From NCBI GenBank assembly GCA_965277595.1, contig CBDIDH010000002.1, forward strand, positions 2,893,737 to 2,957,736: 64,000 nucleotides of DNA, given 5' to 3'. This document shows, piece after piece, positions 18,357 to 28,600 of the stretch (position 1 is the stretch's first letter; each line of letters starts with the position of its first letter). A model generated the notes under the pieces. That model searched no databases, was not told the origin of the DNA, and was given only the letters and a program-made list of their open reading frames with translations. The position numbers and the translations under genes are program-made. Source of the stretch: Isosphaeraceae bacterium (GTDB lineage Bacteria; Planctomycetota; Planctomycetia; Isosphaerales; Isosphaeraceae).

Positions 18357-21107
18357 ATGGTGGCGACCTGGATCGAGGCGGCGGCGAAGGGGCGGCTGGG
18401 TGGACCCGTCCGCGCGGGGATGTGGTCGTCGGTTGTCCTGGGAACTCACCCGATCGAGACCGATCAGGAAGTCTGGGTCGAACTCTCGGCCGACGACGTG
18501 GTCCTCGGCCCCTTGCCCGCCTACTGGATCGAGAACAAGGGGGTCAATAGCCTCTGGCACGTGCCGATTCCGCCACAGGCCGTGGGCGCTCGCCTGCATT
18601 ATCGATCGGCCGCCCGTCGTGTCGGTTCGGAAACTGTTTACAGCAACTATCAGGATACGGTCGTCCGCCCGAACCTGCCCGATCGGACCGAGTCGGCCGA
18701 GGTCATTCCGCTCGGCCCCGAGGGGCTCGTCGGCAACCGGATGATGACCGCCAAGATCGACGCGAGAGGTTCAACCTACGACATTTACTTCCCCAGCGTC
18801 GGTCTCCATTCCGACGTCCGCCCGGCCGAGGGCGACCTCCCGCAAAGCCGTTCGCATTTCCGGGCGATTGTCGGCGGCCTGGCGATCGGTCGCCGCCTCG
18901 ACTGGTTCACCGAACGCCTGACCTGGGAAGCCTTTCAGCATTATCAGGGGGCGACGAACCTCTTGATGACAGAACTAACCTGGCGCAATGGGCCGATCCG
19001 CGTCTTGACGACCGATTTTGTCGCCATGGGCGACGGCCTTCCCAGAACCGCGGGCGGAACCGCCTCGTCCGGCCAGTACCTCAAGCGGTTTCAGGTCAAG
19101 AACGAAGGACCCGAAGCAAGGCGAGCCCTCTTTGGCGTTTATGTTCAGGCTGAAGTCAACGGCGGGGTCGGCGAGCCGGGCCTGAGCTGGCACGATGGCG
19201 ACCTGACCTTGCTGGCGACGAATCGCGGCCACGCTCACTCCAATCGAAAGCTCGCCCGCGATTCCACCGTGGAATTCGCCATCGCCCTCGACGGCCGGGG
19301 CGAGGTTCACTGTGAACCGACCGGCGCCAACGAGGCCATTCTCCTCCGCTGGCTCGAACTGCCGGCTGGAGAATCGGTCACCGTCGATCTCCTGGTCAGT
19401 GGCGCTTTCACGGGCTGGCGTGGCGATCCGGGAACCTTCGAGCACTGGCTCCGGCCCGCCCTGGCCTGGTTCCGCGGCGCCGACCTTGACCTGGTCGAAC
19501 AGACCACGGCTCTCGAATGGGATGCCTTCATCGAACCCTTGCCAAGCACGCATTACCCGCGCCCGGCCTACGCCGTGAGCCTCCGACGGAGTGCCCTGGC
19601 CGCGGCCCTGCATGCCGATGCGACCTGGGGCGCCGTCGCCTCGGGTTTTGATCGCGGCCTGAGCGCCTATTGCTGGCCCCGCGAGGCGATTAGCGTCGGC
19701 GCCACGTTCGACCGGACGGGTCATCCCGAGATCGGCCGGAGCGTCTATCAGTGGCTGGCCAAGGTCCGCGGCCAGAACCGGCCCTATGCCTACTGGTTCC
19801 AGAAGTACACGATTGACGGCGGTCCCGAATGGGAATCTCCGGCCGTGGACCAGACGGCGATGATCCCCTGGGGCCTTGAACAGCATTTCCTCCGCACCGG
19901 CGATTTCGACCTCGTCGCCGCATCCTGGCCGATGATCGAACAGGCCGCCGCGGTCTCCTTCGGCGCCTCGGGACACCCCGGCCTGAGGTTGATCGACGGA
20001 CTCAACCTGATCAATTCCGCCGGAATCTGGGACCATCGCTTCGGAGCCTTCCTCTATGCAAATGCCAGCGTCGTCGCCGGACTGAAGGCGGCCTCGCGGC
20101 TCGCCGACCGCCTGGATAAGCCCGAACACGCTCGCCGATGGGCCGACCAGGCGGCTCGAATCTGGGAACAAGGGGTTCTGGCCGAGTCAACTCCCCACCA
20201 GCCCGACGTGCCCGGCCTGGTGGATGCCGAGTCGGGCCGTTTTCTCGATGCCCGACGGCTCTCGACCCTTCGAGGGCTCTGGACCGACCATCCCCACCTG
20301 CTCATTGACCGGTCGATGGCGCTGGATATCAGCATGCTCGGCCTGGTCGTCCCGTTTGGCCTTCTGCCGGCGTCCGACCCCCGAGTCGTCCGCACGGCCG
20401 AGGCTATCCTCCGCTCCAGCGTCGTCAGCGGCGAACCCAACGCCCTTTCGCGACGCTCGATCGAGCCAACGCGGTCGGGCCGAGGCGAGGTGGCTCCCGA
20501 TCGCCAGGTCCAGGACGTTTCCAGCCTGGCGACGCTCTGGATGGCTCGCTACCTGATCCGCCTGGGCCGCGAAACCGGTCAGGGGCGGCACTGGAACCGG
20601 GCGCTCGCGATGCTCGACACGGTCATCGGCCGCCTCTTGCCCCTTGGCCTGAGCATGCGAACGGCCCCTCGGTCGAACGATCAGACCGTCCGGTTTGTTT
20701 CAGGCACCAATTCCGGAGTCTGGGGCCTGCATGCGATGCTCAACGAGACCATCCTCGACTTCGCCGGTCTCGATTACGAGGCCCACGATCGTACCCTCAC
20801 GCTCGATCCCGCCTTGCCGAGTGCCTGGCCACACACTGGCCTGACTCAGACCTTCGCCTGTGGCGAGATCGCCTATCGGCTCGAACGGCCGATCGGCGGG
20901 ACGGTCTTTCAACTTAGCCTCAAGGCCCGATTAGCGCACGCCGTCACACTTCGGGTCGGCGTGACATGCCCCGGCCTCGCCGAACCTGGTCCCTGGCAGT
21001 CCTCCGCGGAGTTGCCCCCGCCCGACTTCAATCCCAGAACGGGCCGACTTACCTGGTCGGTTGCTCTCCCTCAGGGAGATTCGGTCTGGAGCTGGACTTG
21101 GGGTTAA
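18357..21107 (+). CDS. glycoside hydrolase family 15-like (glucoamylase/glucodextranase-like) protein
   Basis: N-terminal LVGNRMMTAKIDARGS..YFPSVG. Catalytic-domain-like YCWPREA, YAYWFQKYTIDG, DQTAMIPWGL. Large (916 aa). Confidence 0.65.
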   Translation: MVATWIEAAAKGRLGGPVRAGMWSSVVLGTHPIETDQEVWVELSADDVVLGPLPAYWIENKGVNSLWHVPIPPQAVGARLHYRSAARRVGSETVYSNYQDTVVRPNLPDRTESAEVIPLGPEGLVGNRMMTAKIDARGSTYDIYFPSVGLHSDVRPAEGDLPQSRSHFRAIVGGLAIGRRLDWFTERLTWEAFQHYQGATNLLMTELTWRNGPIRVLTTDFVAMGDGLPRTAGGTASSGQYLKRFQVKNEGPEARRALFGVYVQAEVNGGVGEPGLSWHDGDLTLLATNRGHAHSNRKLARDSTVEFAIALDGRGEVHCEPTGANEAILLRWLELPAGESVTVDLLVSGAFTGWRGDPGTFEHWLRPALAWFRGADLDLVEQTTALEWDAFIEPLPSTHYPRPAYAVSLRRSALAAALHADATWGAVASGFDRGLSAYCWPREAISVGATFDRTGHPEIGRSVYQWLAKVRGQNRPYAYWFQKYTIDGGPEWESPAVDQTAMIPWGLEQHFLRTGDFDLVAASWPMIEQAAAVSFGASGHPGLRLIDGLNLINSAGIWDHRFGAFLYANASVVAGLKAASRLADRLDKPEHARRWADQAARIWEQGVLAESTPHQPDVPGLVDAESGRFLDARRLSTLRGLWTDHPHLLIDRSMALDISMLGLVVPFGLLPASDPRVVRTAEAILRSSVVSGEPNALSRRSIEPTRSGRGEVAPDRQVQDVSSLATLWMARYLIRLGRETGQGRHWNRALAMLDTVIGRLLPLGLSMRTAPRSNDQTVRFVSGTNSGVWGLHAMLNETILDFAGLDYEAHDRTLTLDPALPSAWPHTGLTQTFACGEIAYRLERPIGGTVFQLSLKARLAHAVTLRVGVTCPGLAEPGPWQSSAELPPPDFNPRTGRLTWSVALPQGDSVWSWTWG

Positions 21108-21350
21108 TCGGCGCGTCAACGTGTTGGAAGTTGAACGCTCATTGGAATGAAAAAACCCCACCGACCCGTATTGCAACGAATCGATGGGGCCGGAACAGAG
21201 AAGAGGCCGGATGATCGAGGCCGATGCCTCGGTCGGTCAGAGAGGCGTTAGCGAATGGCATCATGACCGACGCCTTGATCCTAGCAGATCTTTTGAGGCT
21301 GTCAATATGGAAACAAGGGTTCTTTAAAAAATCCTTGTCTCATAAATTTT

Positions 21351-24179
21351 TTATCTGACGATGCGGGCAATCCGGAACGTGTTCGGGCCGGCGATCGCCT
21401 TGTGGGGAAACTGGTAATACCGAGCCGTGTCGGTCTCGGGATCGATCAGAAAACCAGGTTCTTCACGGACGTGGAGACGTGCTCCGTCCGCGGTATTCTC
21501 GACCCGAGTCAGTGTCCAGCCGCGAGTCAGGCCGTCACCGTGCCGGATCAAAAGAACGCGTCCCGCGAGCGAATCAGGATCGGGCAGGGGGCTGTCGGAC
21601 TCGAACCAGCCGTGGCTCTTTTCCGAGACCTGTCGAGCGGCCCAGACGATTCGACCGATCGCCGGATTGATTCGAACCACCTGCCCCGCGCACGCGGCGA
21701 AGGTGCCACCGGCCAGGACCAGGCCAGACCCGTTCAACCGAACGCTCAGGCCGTCGGTTTCCAGGCTCCGGCCATCGGGAAGCGTGGTTTTCAACGCCTT
21801 TCCCGGCGAGAGGTTGACGCACACATAGTCCAGGCCATCGGCGGTTTCCAGATAAATGACGACCATGCCCGCCGTTGAGGGGACGAGACCGACCCGGGTC
21901 AAGGGCGGAATCGCCGCCGAGACCGGCTCGAAAACGGTCAAGAAAATGCTTCGAATCGGCGCACCGTCCGCGGATTGATGACGCACGATCAACGACCCCC
22001 GGACGGACTCGTCGCGCGGTGCCAACGGCTGTGCCCCCGCGAGGTCCGGGCTTGTCGCGGTGATCGCCGTAAGTGGCGTGCTTGTCAACAGATGAATTCT
22101 CAAGGGGCCGGGAGCGGCGTTCAGGCCAGGATTTGCGAGCCAGGCTTGCGCGGGGCGTGAAATGACCCCTTGCGAAATCGGATGAAAGTTACCATATGAC
22201 TGGACGAACCAGCGTCCGTCGCTGGCGCGGGCGGTCGGAAGGACGCTCAGGCCGGGTGCCAGAAGCGAGTCGGGGCCAGGGGTCGTCGGTACGGAGAGAC
22301 GCCAGCGCGGGGACGAACCTGAGGAACTTTGAAAAAGCTCGTCGTGCCGCGTGCCACCGGAAACCTCGAAGACACTGATCGCGTATCGCGCCCGGGCGCC
22401 CGCCGAGGCGATGAGAGTCTGGCGATACCGCGTCGTGGAAACCGGATACGCTCGGGGGTCGTCGAGCGTCACGACCTGAAAATCGGGATCGGCCGCGAAA
22501 AAGAGGAAATCGCCCCCGGGAGCCGGTTCGCGGGCGCCTGCCGGCGATTCGCGCTGGTTCAGGCCGTCGACAACAACCGTGTTGCGGCTCACGCTCGCCC
22601 GATCAAAGCCGGAGGCCAGCCCAGGCCCCTCGTCAAGGTCGCCCAGAACGGTTCGACCGCCGACGGAAAGCCGAAGCGCCTGCCGCTCGATCTGGTCGGG
22701 GCCTGGAGTGTCGAGCCCGCGTAGCTCAAGGTCGACGGCGTTCTCACCCTGACCAATCGCGAGCCGGGCCAGACCCAGGCCGCCGAGCAAGATCGGAGCG
22801 CGGGGGATCTTGGCCAACTCTGGATCTGGCCAAGAGGCCAGGACAACCCCCGAGGGTTCCGCGCGTTGGTCGGTCAGCACGGCCGAGCCGGCGTGTCGAG
22901 CCAGGGCAAGCATTGGCGGGTCGGGCCGAGCGGCGAGAAGGCGGTCGAGGTAACCGTCAAGCTGGCCAATTACCCGGCGATGCGAGGTGAGCGTCCCCTC
23001 GCGCCAGAACCCATCGTGATAAAACCCGCGCATCGCGAATCGTTCGAGTCGACCGAGGGCGTCGGCCACGTAGGTCGGATCATTGAGCAGACGACCGACC
23101 GCGAGAATCCCGCGATCGACGTGCAAGGACGCCTCGGTCAACTCATCGGTCTGCCTCCGAGCGAATTCGGCCGAGGCTCGAAATAGATTTTCCTCAATGA
23201 TCTTGTTGGGCTCGACTTCCTTGAGCAGACGTCCCGCCTCGGCCAGCGCGGGATCTTCGCGGATCAGGGCATAGGCAATGACCAGGTTCAAGGGGACGTT
23301 CTGGCTGCCGGTCCATTCCCACTTGCCGGTTTGATAGCCGCGTCGATAGGGCGGTGGAAGGTCGGCCTTGTCAAAATACTTCGGAGAGTTGGGCTGATCG
23401 TAATGAGTTGCGTAAGCCGGATAGGTCTGAGCGAATCGCAGGACGATCGTTGCCGTTAGACGTGCAAGTCGGCTATCTTTACGCTCAAGAGGCTGCTCGT
23501 GATAGCGTACAGCCGCGTAAAGCGCGGTTTTGGAGAGAATCTCGCGGGCCTGGTCGTCGCGTTTCGCCGCGAGATAAAGGCGTTCGTCAGGATAGCGCTG
23601 ACGTTCAGGTTCAACCTCGTGATAGGGATATTTGTGAATCACGCCCGGGAGGACTTCGACCGTGTCTTCGGGATCGCCCTTCTTGTCGTCCTTGGCCTCG
23701 GGTTTATCTTCCTTCGGCTCTTTCTTCTCCTTCTTATCGTGATCTTTCTCCTCGTCCTTATCCTTATCCTTATCTTTAGGTGGATCTCTGGGCTTTTCGG
23801 GCTCCTCGACAACCTTGCCTTTCTTTTTGTCGAGATCCTTCGGGATCGATGCGCCACAGGCGCGGCAAAGGAGTTCCTGGGGTCGAGTGACGGACCATGT
23901 CAGGGGTTCGTCGGCCTCGCTGACCTCGCAGACGGGACATCGGCAGAAATGAATCCCCGCCTGCGTGGGAACGAGGTCGGCGACGGCCTGGGGGCTCAGA
24001 ATCAAGAGGGCGTGGGCGTTCGGACTGGCCCAGAAGTTTGATTCCCAGGCGTCGGGAAGTTCGAATCGCTGGAAGGGATCGGCGCGAGGGGGTTCGGCGC
24101 CCCAGCAGTCGTCGCGGACGGCGAGAACAACACTCACCAGAATCAGGAAGCATCTCGTGGTCAACACGGCGGGCTCCAT
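21351..24179 (-). CDS. heparinase II/III-like (polysaccharide lyase-fold) protein with N-terminal Cys cluster and K/D/E-rich insert
   Basis: N-terminal hydrophobic helix, then CRCPVC...CRAC. A low-complexity KDKDKDKDEEKDHDKKEKKEPKEDK insert. The C-terminal segment FDRASVSRNTVVVDGLNQRE resembles the Hepar_II_III motif. Confidence 0.45.
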   Translation of the reverse strand: MEPAVLTTRCFLILVSVVLAVRDDCWGAEPPRADPFQRFELPDAWESNFWASPNAHALLILSPQAVADLVPTQAGIHFCRCPVCEVSEADEPLTWSVTRPQELLCRACGASIPKDLDKKKGKVVEEPEKPRDPPKDKDKDKDEEKDHDKKEKKEPKEDKPEAKDDKKGDPEDTVEVLPGVIHKYPYHEVEPERQRYPDERLYLAAKRDDQAREILSKTALYAAVRYHEQPLERKDSRLARLTATIVLRFAQTYPAYATHYDQPNSPKYFDKADLPPPYRRGYQTGKWEWTGSQNVPLNLVIAYALIREDPALAEAGRLLKEVEPNKIIEENLFRASAEFARRQTDELTEASLHVDRGILAVGRLLNDPTYVADALGRLERFAMRGFYHDGFWREGTLTSHRRVIGQLDGYLDRLLAARPDPPMLALARHAGSAVLTDQRAEPSGVVLASWPDPELAKIPRAPILLGGLGLARLAIGQGENAVDLELRGLDTPGPDQIERQALRLSVGGRTVLGDLDEGPGLASGFDRASVSRNTVVVDGLNQRESPAGAREPAPGGDFLFFAADPDFQVVTLDDPRAYPVSTTRYRQTLIASAGARARYAISVFEVSGGTRHDELFQSSSGSSPRWRLSVPTTPGPDSLLAPGLSVLPTARASDGRWFVQSYGNFHPISQGVISRPAQAWLANPGLNAAPGPLRIHLLTSTPLTAITATSPDLAGAQPLAPRDESVRGSLIVRHQSADGAPIRSIFLTVFEPVSAAIPPLTRVGLVPSTAGMVVIYLETADGLDYVCVNLSPGKALKTTLPDGRSLETDGLSVRLNGSGLVLAGGTFAACAGQVVRINPAIGRIVWAARQVSEKSHGWFESDSPLPDPDSLAGRVLLIRHGDGLTRGWTLTRVENTADGARLHVREEPGFLIDPETDTARYYQFPHKAIAGPNTFRIARIVR

Positions 24180-24225
24180 CCCATCGGAAGACTTTGGCGG
24201 CGGTCGGGGACGTCGGCGATAGACT

Positions 24226-24510
24226 TCAATCGTGATCGGGTAGGCGCTTGAGCTTGGCGTCGCGGTTGCCTGGGTTCAACCGATAAAGGCCGACCGTGCC
24301 AAGGGTTTCGCCCTCGGCGAGGGAAAGCCCCTGACGATGGATCTGGGCCAGGGCGAGCTGCGAGTTCCGATGATCCTCGCAGGCCAGACCATAATTTTTC
24401 AGCTCATGACTGGTGCCGTTGCTCCAGGGGGCGGCCACCTTGTAAACGGCTGGGTTCGAGCACTGAGGCGCATAACATTTCGGCTGATAACGAAACGCCT
24501 TGATCTCCAT
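24226..24510 (-). CDS. small conserved hypothetical protein, CCCH motif (paralog of 860..1147)
   Basis: ATG at 24510. KCYAPQCSNPAVYKVAAPWSNGTSHELKNYGLACEDH aligns with the copy at 860..1147 (21 of 37 core positions identical by hand alignment). Confidence 0.6.
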   Translation of the reverse strand: MEIKAFRYQPKCYAPQCSNPAVYKVAAPWSNGTSHELKNYGLACEDHRNSQLALAQIHRQGLSLAEGETLGTVGLYRLNPGNRDAKLKRLPDHD

Positions 24511-24843
24511 CGCAACCTGAACCTCCTGCCCGTTCTCCGCGGACAACTTGCTCGCTCGCTCGATCACGATCGTAGCCGCCGACCCGAAAACGTGCAAGCG
24601 AGGCAACGCTCAGGCTGGTTTCCTTCTCGATCCCGATCGTGGATTGCAGACCAGTCTCCGAAACGTGGAGAGAGACTCGTAACGTTGCGCTCGCTCACTT
24701 CCGCGCCTTTCCTCGATTCTCGAACCGTCTTGAGTAGAAACGAAGCCCGAACTTGTCGCGATTGCCGGAAGTCGGGCAATCTGATAACGTCCCGCCCTGG
24801 CTCTTGGGGGCATGTCGGATGCGGGGCGGGCAAGGGAGGCTCG

Positions 24844-25686
24844 GTGGTGAACGACCCCGATCGCGATTCCGGACGCTCGGTCCGGTTCGTCGGAGACCTT
24901 GACGACGCCTGGGTCGCCTCGATCGCCAATGCGCTCCCCGCGGCGACCGAGCGGGTCCATTGCGCTGGTGATCTGCCCGAGTCCGTGTTGAATCCTGTCC
25001 GTTCGCCTGACGTCCTTGTTACCCATCGCGCCATTCTGACACGAACGGATGCCGACGGACTGGCCCGACTGAGGTCAGAAGGAACAAGGCCGTGGGTCGT
25101 CCTCTGTCACGGTCCGCATGTCCGATACGCGGATCTCGATCGCTGGGCCGGGCTCTTTGATGCAGCCGTTCCCGAAGCCACGGCGCCCGAGACAATTCGC
25201 CGCCGGCTCGGTCCTTTGACAGACTCAATCGACCGACCCTCGACGATCGGTCCCAGGCCGCGAATCGCCGTCGTCAGCGCCAACGTCGCGATCCGGCAGA
25301 TGCTCGCCGAGGTGAGCGAAGGAGCCGGTTACCCGATCTCGACCGCCCGCGACCTTGATGAAGTGGCGGCAAGCCTCCCGGTCGTCTGGGATCTCCCTTT
25401 GCTGGAACCCGACTGGAGCCTGAGACTTGCGCATCGGAACTCGACGAGCCCGCTGATTGCCCTGCTTGGATTCGCGGATCGCGCGATCGTCACCGAGGCG
25501 AAGTCGAACGGGGCCTCGGCGTGTCTGGAATTGCCCGTCGATCTCGGCGACCTGATCGCCGTTCTTGATCGATTGACGTCGTCGAGAGGTGAGCCGCCTC
25601 ATGACCTGCCGCCGTCGCCCGTCTCTCGGCGACGTCAAGGCGTGGGCACTGGCGGTGGCCGAATCGGGGCGCGACGCCTAGAATGA
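24844..25686 (+). CDS. hypothetical protein with two degenerate receiver (CheY-like) domains
   Basis: GTG at 24844, 4 nt after GGGAGG. Alternating beta-alpha pattern twice (VRFVGDL..., RIAVVSAN...VVWDLPLL...LIALLGFA). The acidic pocket is incomplete. The stop overlaps the mfd ATG (ATGA). Confidence 0.4.
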   Translation: MVNDPDRDSGRSVRFVGDLDDAWVASIANALPAATERVHCAGDLPESVLNPVRSPDVLVTHRAILTRTDADGLARLRSEGTRPWVVLCHGPHVRYADLDRWAGLFDAAVPEATAPETIRRRLGPLTDSIDRPSTIGPRPRIAVVSANVAIRQMLAEVSEGAGYPISTARDLDEVAASLPVVWDLPLLEPDWSLRLAHRNSTSPLIALLGFADRAIVTEAKSNGASACLELPVDLGDLIAVLDRLTSSRGEPPHDLPPSPVSRRRQGVGTGGGRIGARRLE

Positions 25687-28600
25687 ACGACGCGCCCGAC
25701 GCCGTCGGCGGTTATTCCACCCAGTCCTCGCCATCGACACGAATGCCCGATCGATCGCCGCCGAAAATGGCCCCCGTGCAAGGCTTGAAGGACCTGACCC
25801 GGCTGGTTCAGGGCGCGCCCGGCTTTCCCGAAGTCCTCGCCGCGCTCAAGAATGGCCGGAGCGCCACGATCGACGGCGCCTGGGGTTCGGCCGGTCCGCT
25901 CGCCGCGGCAGGGCTGGCTCTCCATGCGCCGTCGACGCTTGTCATCGTGATGGCGCACGTCGGCGATGTCGATGATTTTCGCGACGACCTGGCGACCTTC
26001 TCGGCCTTGAATCCCGAGGTCTTTCCCGCCTGGGACCGCTCGCCCCGCGAAACGGCCGCCGCGGGATCGGCCGGCGACGAGGTCTTCGGCCGAAGGCTCC
26101 GAATTGTCAAACGGCTCGCGGGCACGCTCGCGCCTCGCGTGGTCGTGACGACCTTGCAAGCGCTGATGCAACCCGTGCCGACGCCCGAGGCCCTCGCCCT
26201 TGCCTCGCGGACCATCCGCGTGGGCGATCTCAGCCCGATCGAAGACCTGACGGCCTGGCTGAGCGATCGGGGTCTGTCGCGGGCCGAGGTGGTCGAGGTC
26301 GGCGGAGAGTTCAGCCTGCGCGGAGGAATTCTCGACATCTATCCGCCCGATGCCTCGGAACCGGTGCGGATCGAGTTCTTCGGCGATGAGGTCGAGTCGA
26401 TCCGTCCTTTTGACGCCGAGACGCAGAGGTCGCTCGAACGCTGGGATTCGGTGACGATCACCAGTCTTCCGACGCTCGACGACCCGAGCGCGCTCGGTCA
26501 CGCGGCCGATGCCTTTCCCGGGTCAACCTGGGTTGTCCTGCTTGAACCGACCGACCTCCGCGACGAGGGGCGCCAGTACCTCGCCCGGGTGGCCGACCCT
26601 CGCGGACTCTTCACCGTCGAGAACACACTGGCGAGGCTCATCAAGTTTCCCTCGACCACGCTGTCAACGCTCGCCGCGACTTCGATGGAAACGACCTGTC
26701 ATCTCAGGATCGAGAGCGTCGAGCGGTTCTCGGGTGACTTGAATCGGGTCAAGGCCGAACTGGATGGCGCCTCGGCGGGCGATCGGGTCCTGATCGCCTG
26801 TCACAACCAGGGCGAGGTCGACCGCCTCGGCGAGGTCTTCCGCGATACGGTGGTTGCCCGCGAGGGCCGGTTGCAGTTGACCCTCGGCAGGCTCCGCGCA
26901 GGGTTCCACATGACCGACGCGGGAACGCTCGTCATCAGCGATCACGAGCTTTTCGCGCGCCCCGAGGTCCGCCGGCCGGTCACCCGGCGGCGGTATGAGA
27001 GTCGGGCGATTGATAGTTTCCTGGATCTGAACGAGGGGGACCTGGTCGTCCACGTCAGCCACGGGATCGCGCGGTATCGAGGGCTGCAACTGGTCGAGCG
27101 GACTCAGGAGCATTCGGAGGAAACGCTCCTTCTTGAGTTCGCCGAAGGGACCAAGATGTACGTGCCGATCGCCAAGATCGATCTCGTGCAAAAATATGTC
27201 GGCGGCGGTCGGGGCGATCCGCCGCTTTCCAAGCTAGGGTCGTCAAGCTGGGAAAAGCGGAAGAGTCGGGTGGCCGAGGCCGTGGTCGACCTCGCCGCCG
27301 AGTTGATCGATATTCAGGCCGCTCGGGCGAGTCAACCGGGAATTGCCTACCCGGCCGAGGACGGCCACTGGATGACCGAGTTCGAGGCGGCCTTTCCCTA
27401 TCAGGAAACGCCCGATCAACTCACCGCCATCGAGGCCGTCAAGCTCGACATGGCGAAGCCGAGGCCAATGGATCGACTCATCTGCGGCGACGTCGGCTAT
27501 GGCAAGACCGAGATCGCGATGCGAGCCGCCTTCAAGGCGGTTGACGCGGGCAAACAGGTCGCCGTTCTCGTGCCGACAACGATTCTGGCCGAGCAGCACC
27601 ATCGCAGTTTTTCCGCGAGGATGGCCGAGTTCCCGTTTTCCATCGAGGTCGTGAATCGGTTCCGGCCTCGTTCCGAGATCAAGGACGTCTTGAAGCGCGC
27701 CGCGGCCGGTTCGGTGGATGTCTTGATCGGAACGCATCGAATCGTGCAAAAGGACGTGAACTTCAAGGAGCTGGGCCTGGTCGTCATTGACGAGGAGCAG
27801 CGGTTCGGGGTCGAGGACAAGGAGTGGCTCAAGTCGCTCCGGGCGACGGTCGACGTGCTCACCCTTTCGGCCACGCCGATTCCGAGAACGCTGCACATGA
27901 GCCTGCTGGGCATCCGCGACATCTCCAACCTGGAGACCCCTCCGCCCGACCGCAAGGCGATCGAAACCCGCATCCTCCGTTACGATGCCGAGACGATCAA
28001 ACGAGCCGTCCACCGTGAGTTGAACCGCGACGGCCAGGTCTATTTCGTCCACAACCGGGTCCACGACATCCATCAGGTCAAGGACAAGCTTCAGGCGATC
28101 GTTCCCGAGGCCAGGATCACCGTCGCGCACGGCCAGATGGGGGGCGAGGCGCTCGAAAAGGCGATGGTCTCGTTTTTAAAACGCGAGTTCGACATCCTCG
28201 TCGCCACGACGATCATCGAGTCGGGCCTGGACATTCCCAACGTCAACACGATCTTCATCAACGAGGCGGATAAGTACGGACTGGCCGACCTGCACCAGCT
28301 TCGGGGCCGGGTGGGTCGCTACAAGCACAGGGCGTACGCGTATCTCCTGCTCGAATCGGATCGGCCGGTCACGCCGAACGCCGTGAAGAGGTTGAAGGCG
28401 ATCGAGGAGTTCACCGAACTCGGCGCCGGGTTCAAGATCGCCCTGCGCGATCTGGAAATCCGAGGGGCGGGAAATATCCTCGGGCCGGAGCAATCGGGAC
28501 ATATTGAAAGTGTCGGCTATGAGCTATATTGCTCGCTGCTGGAATCGGCCGTGCGGACGTTGACCCGGCAGCCCGAGAAGCCAAGATTTGATTGCTCGAT

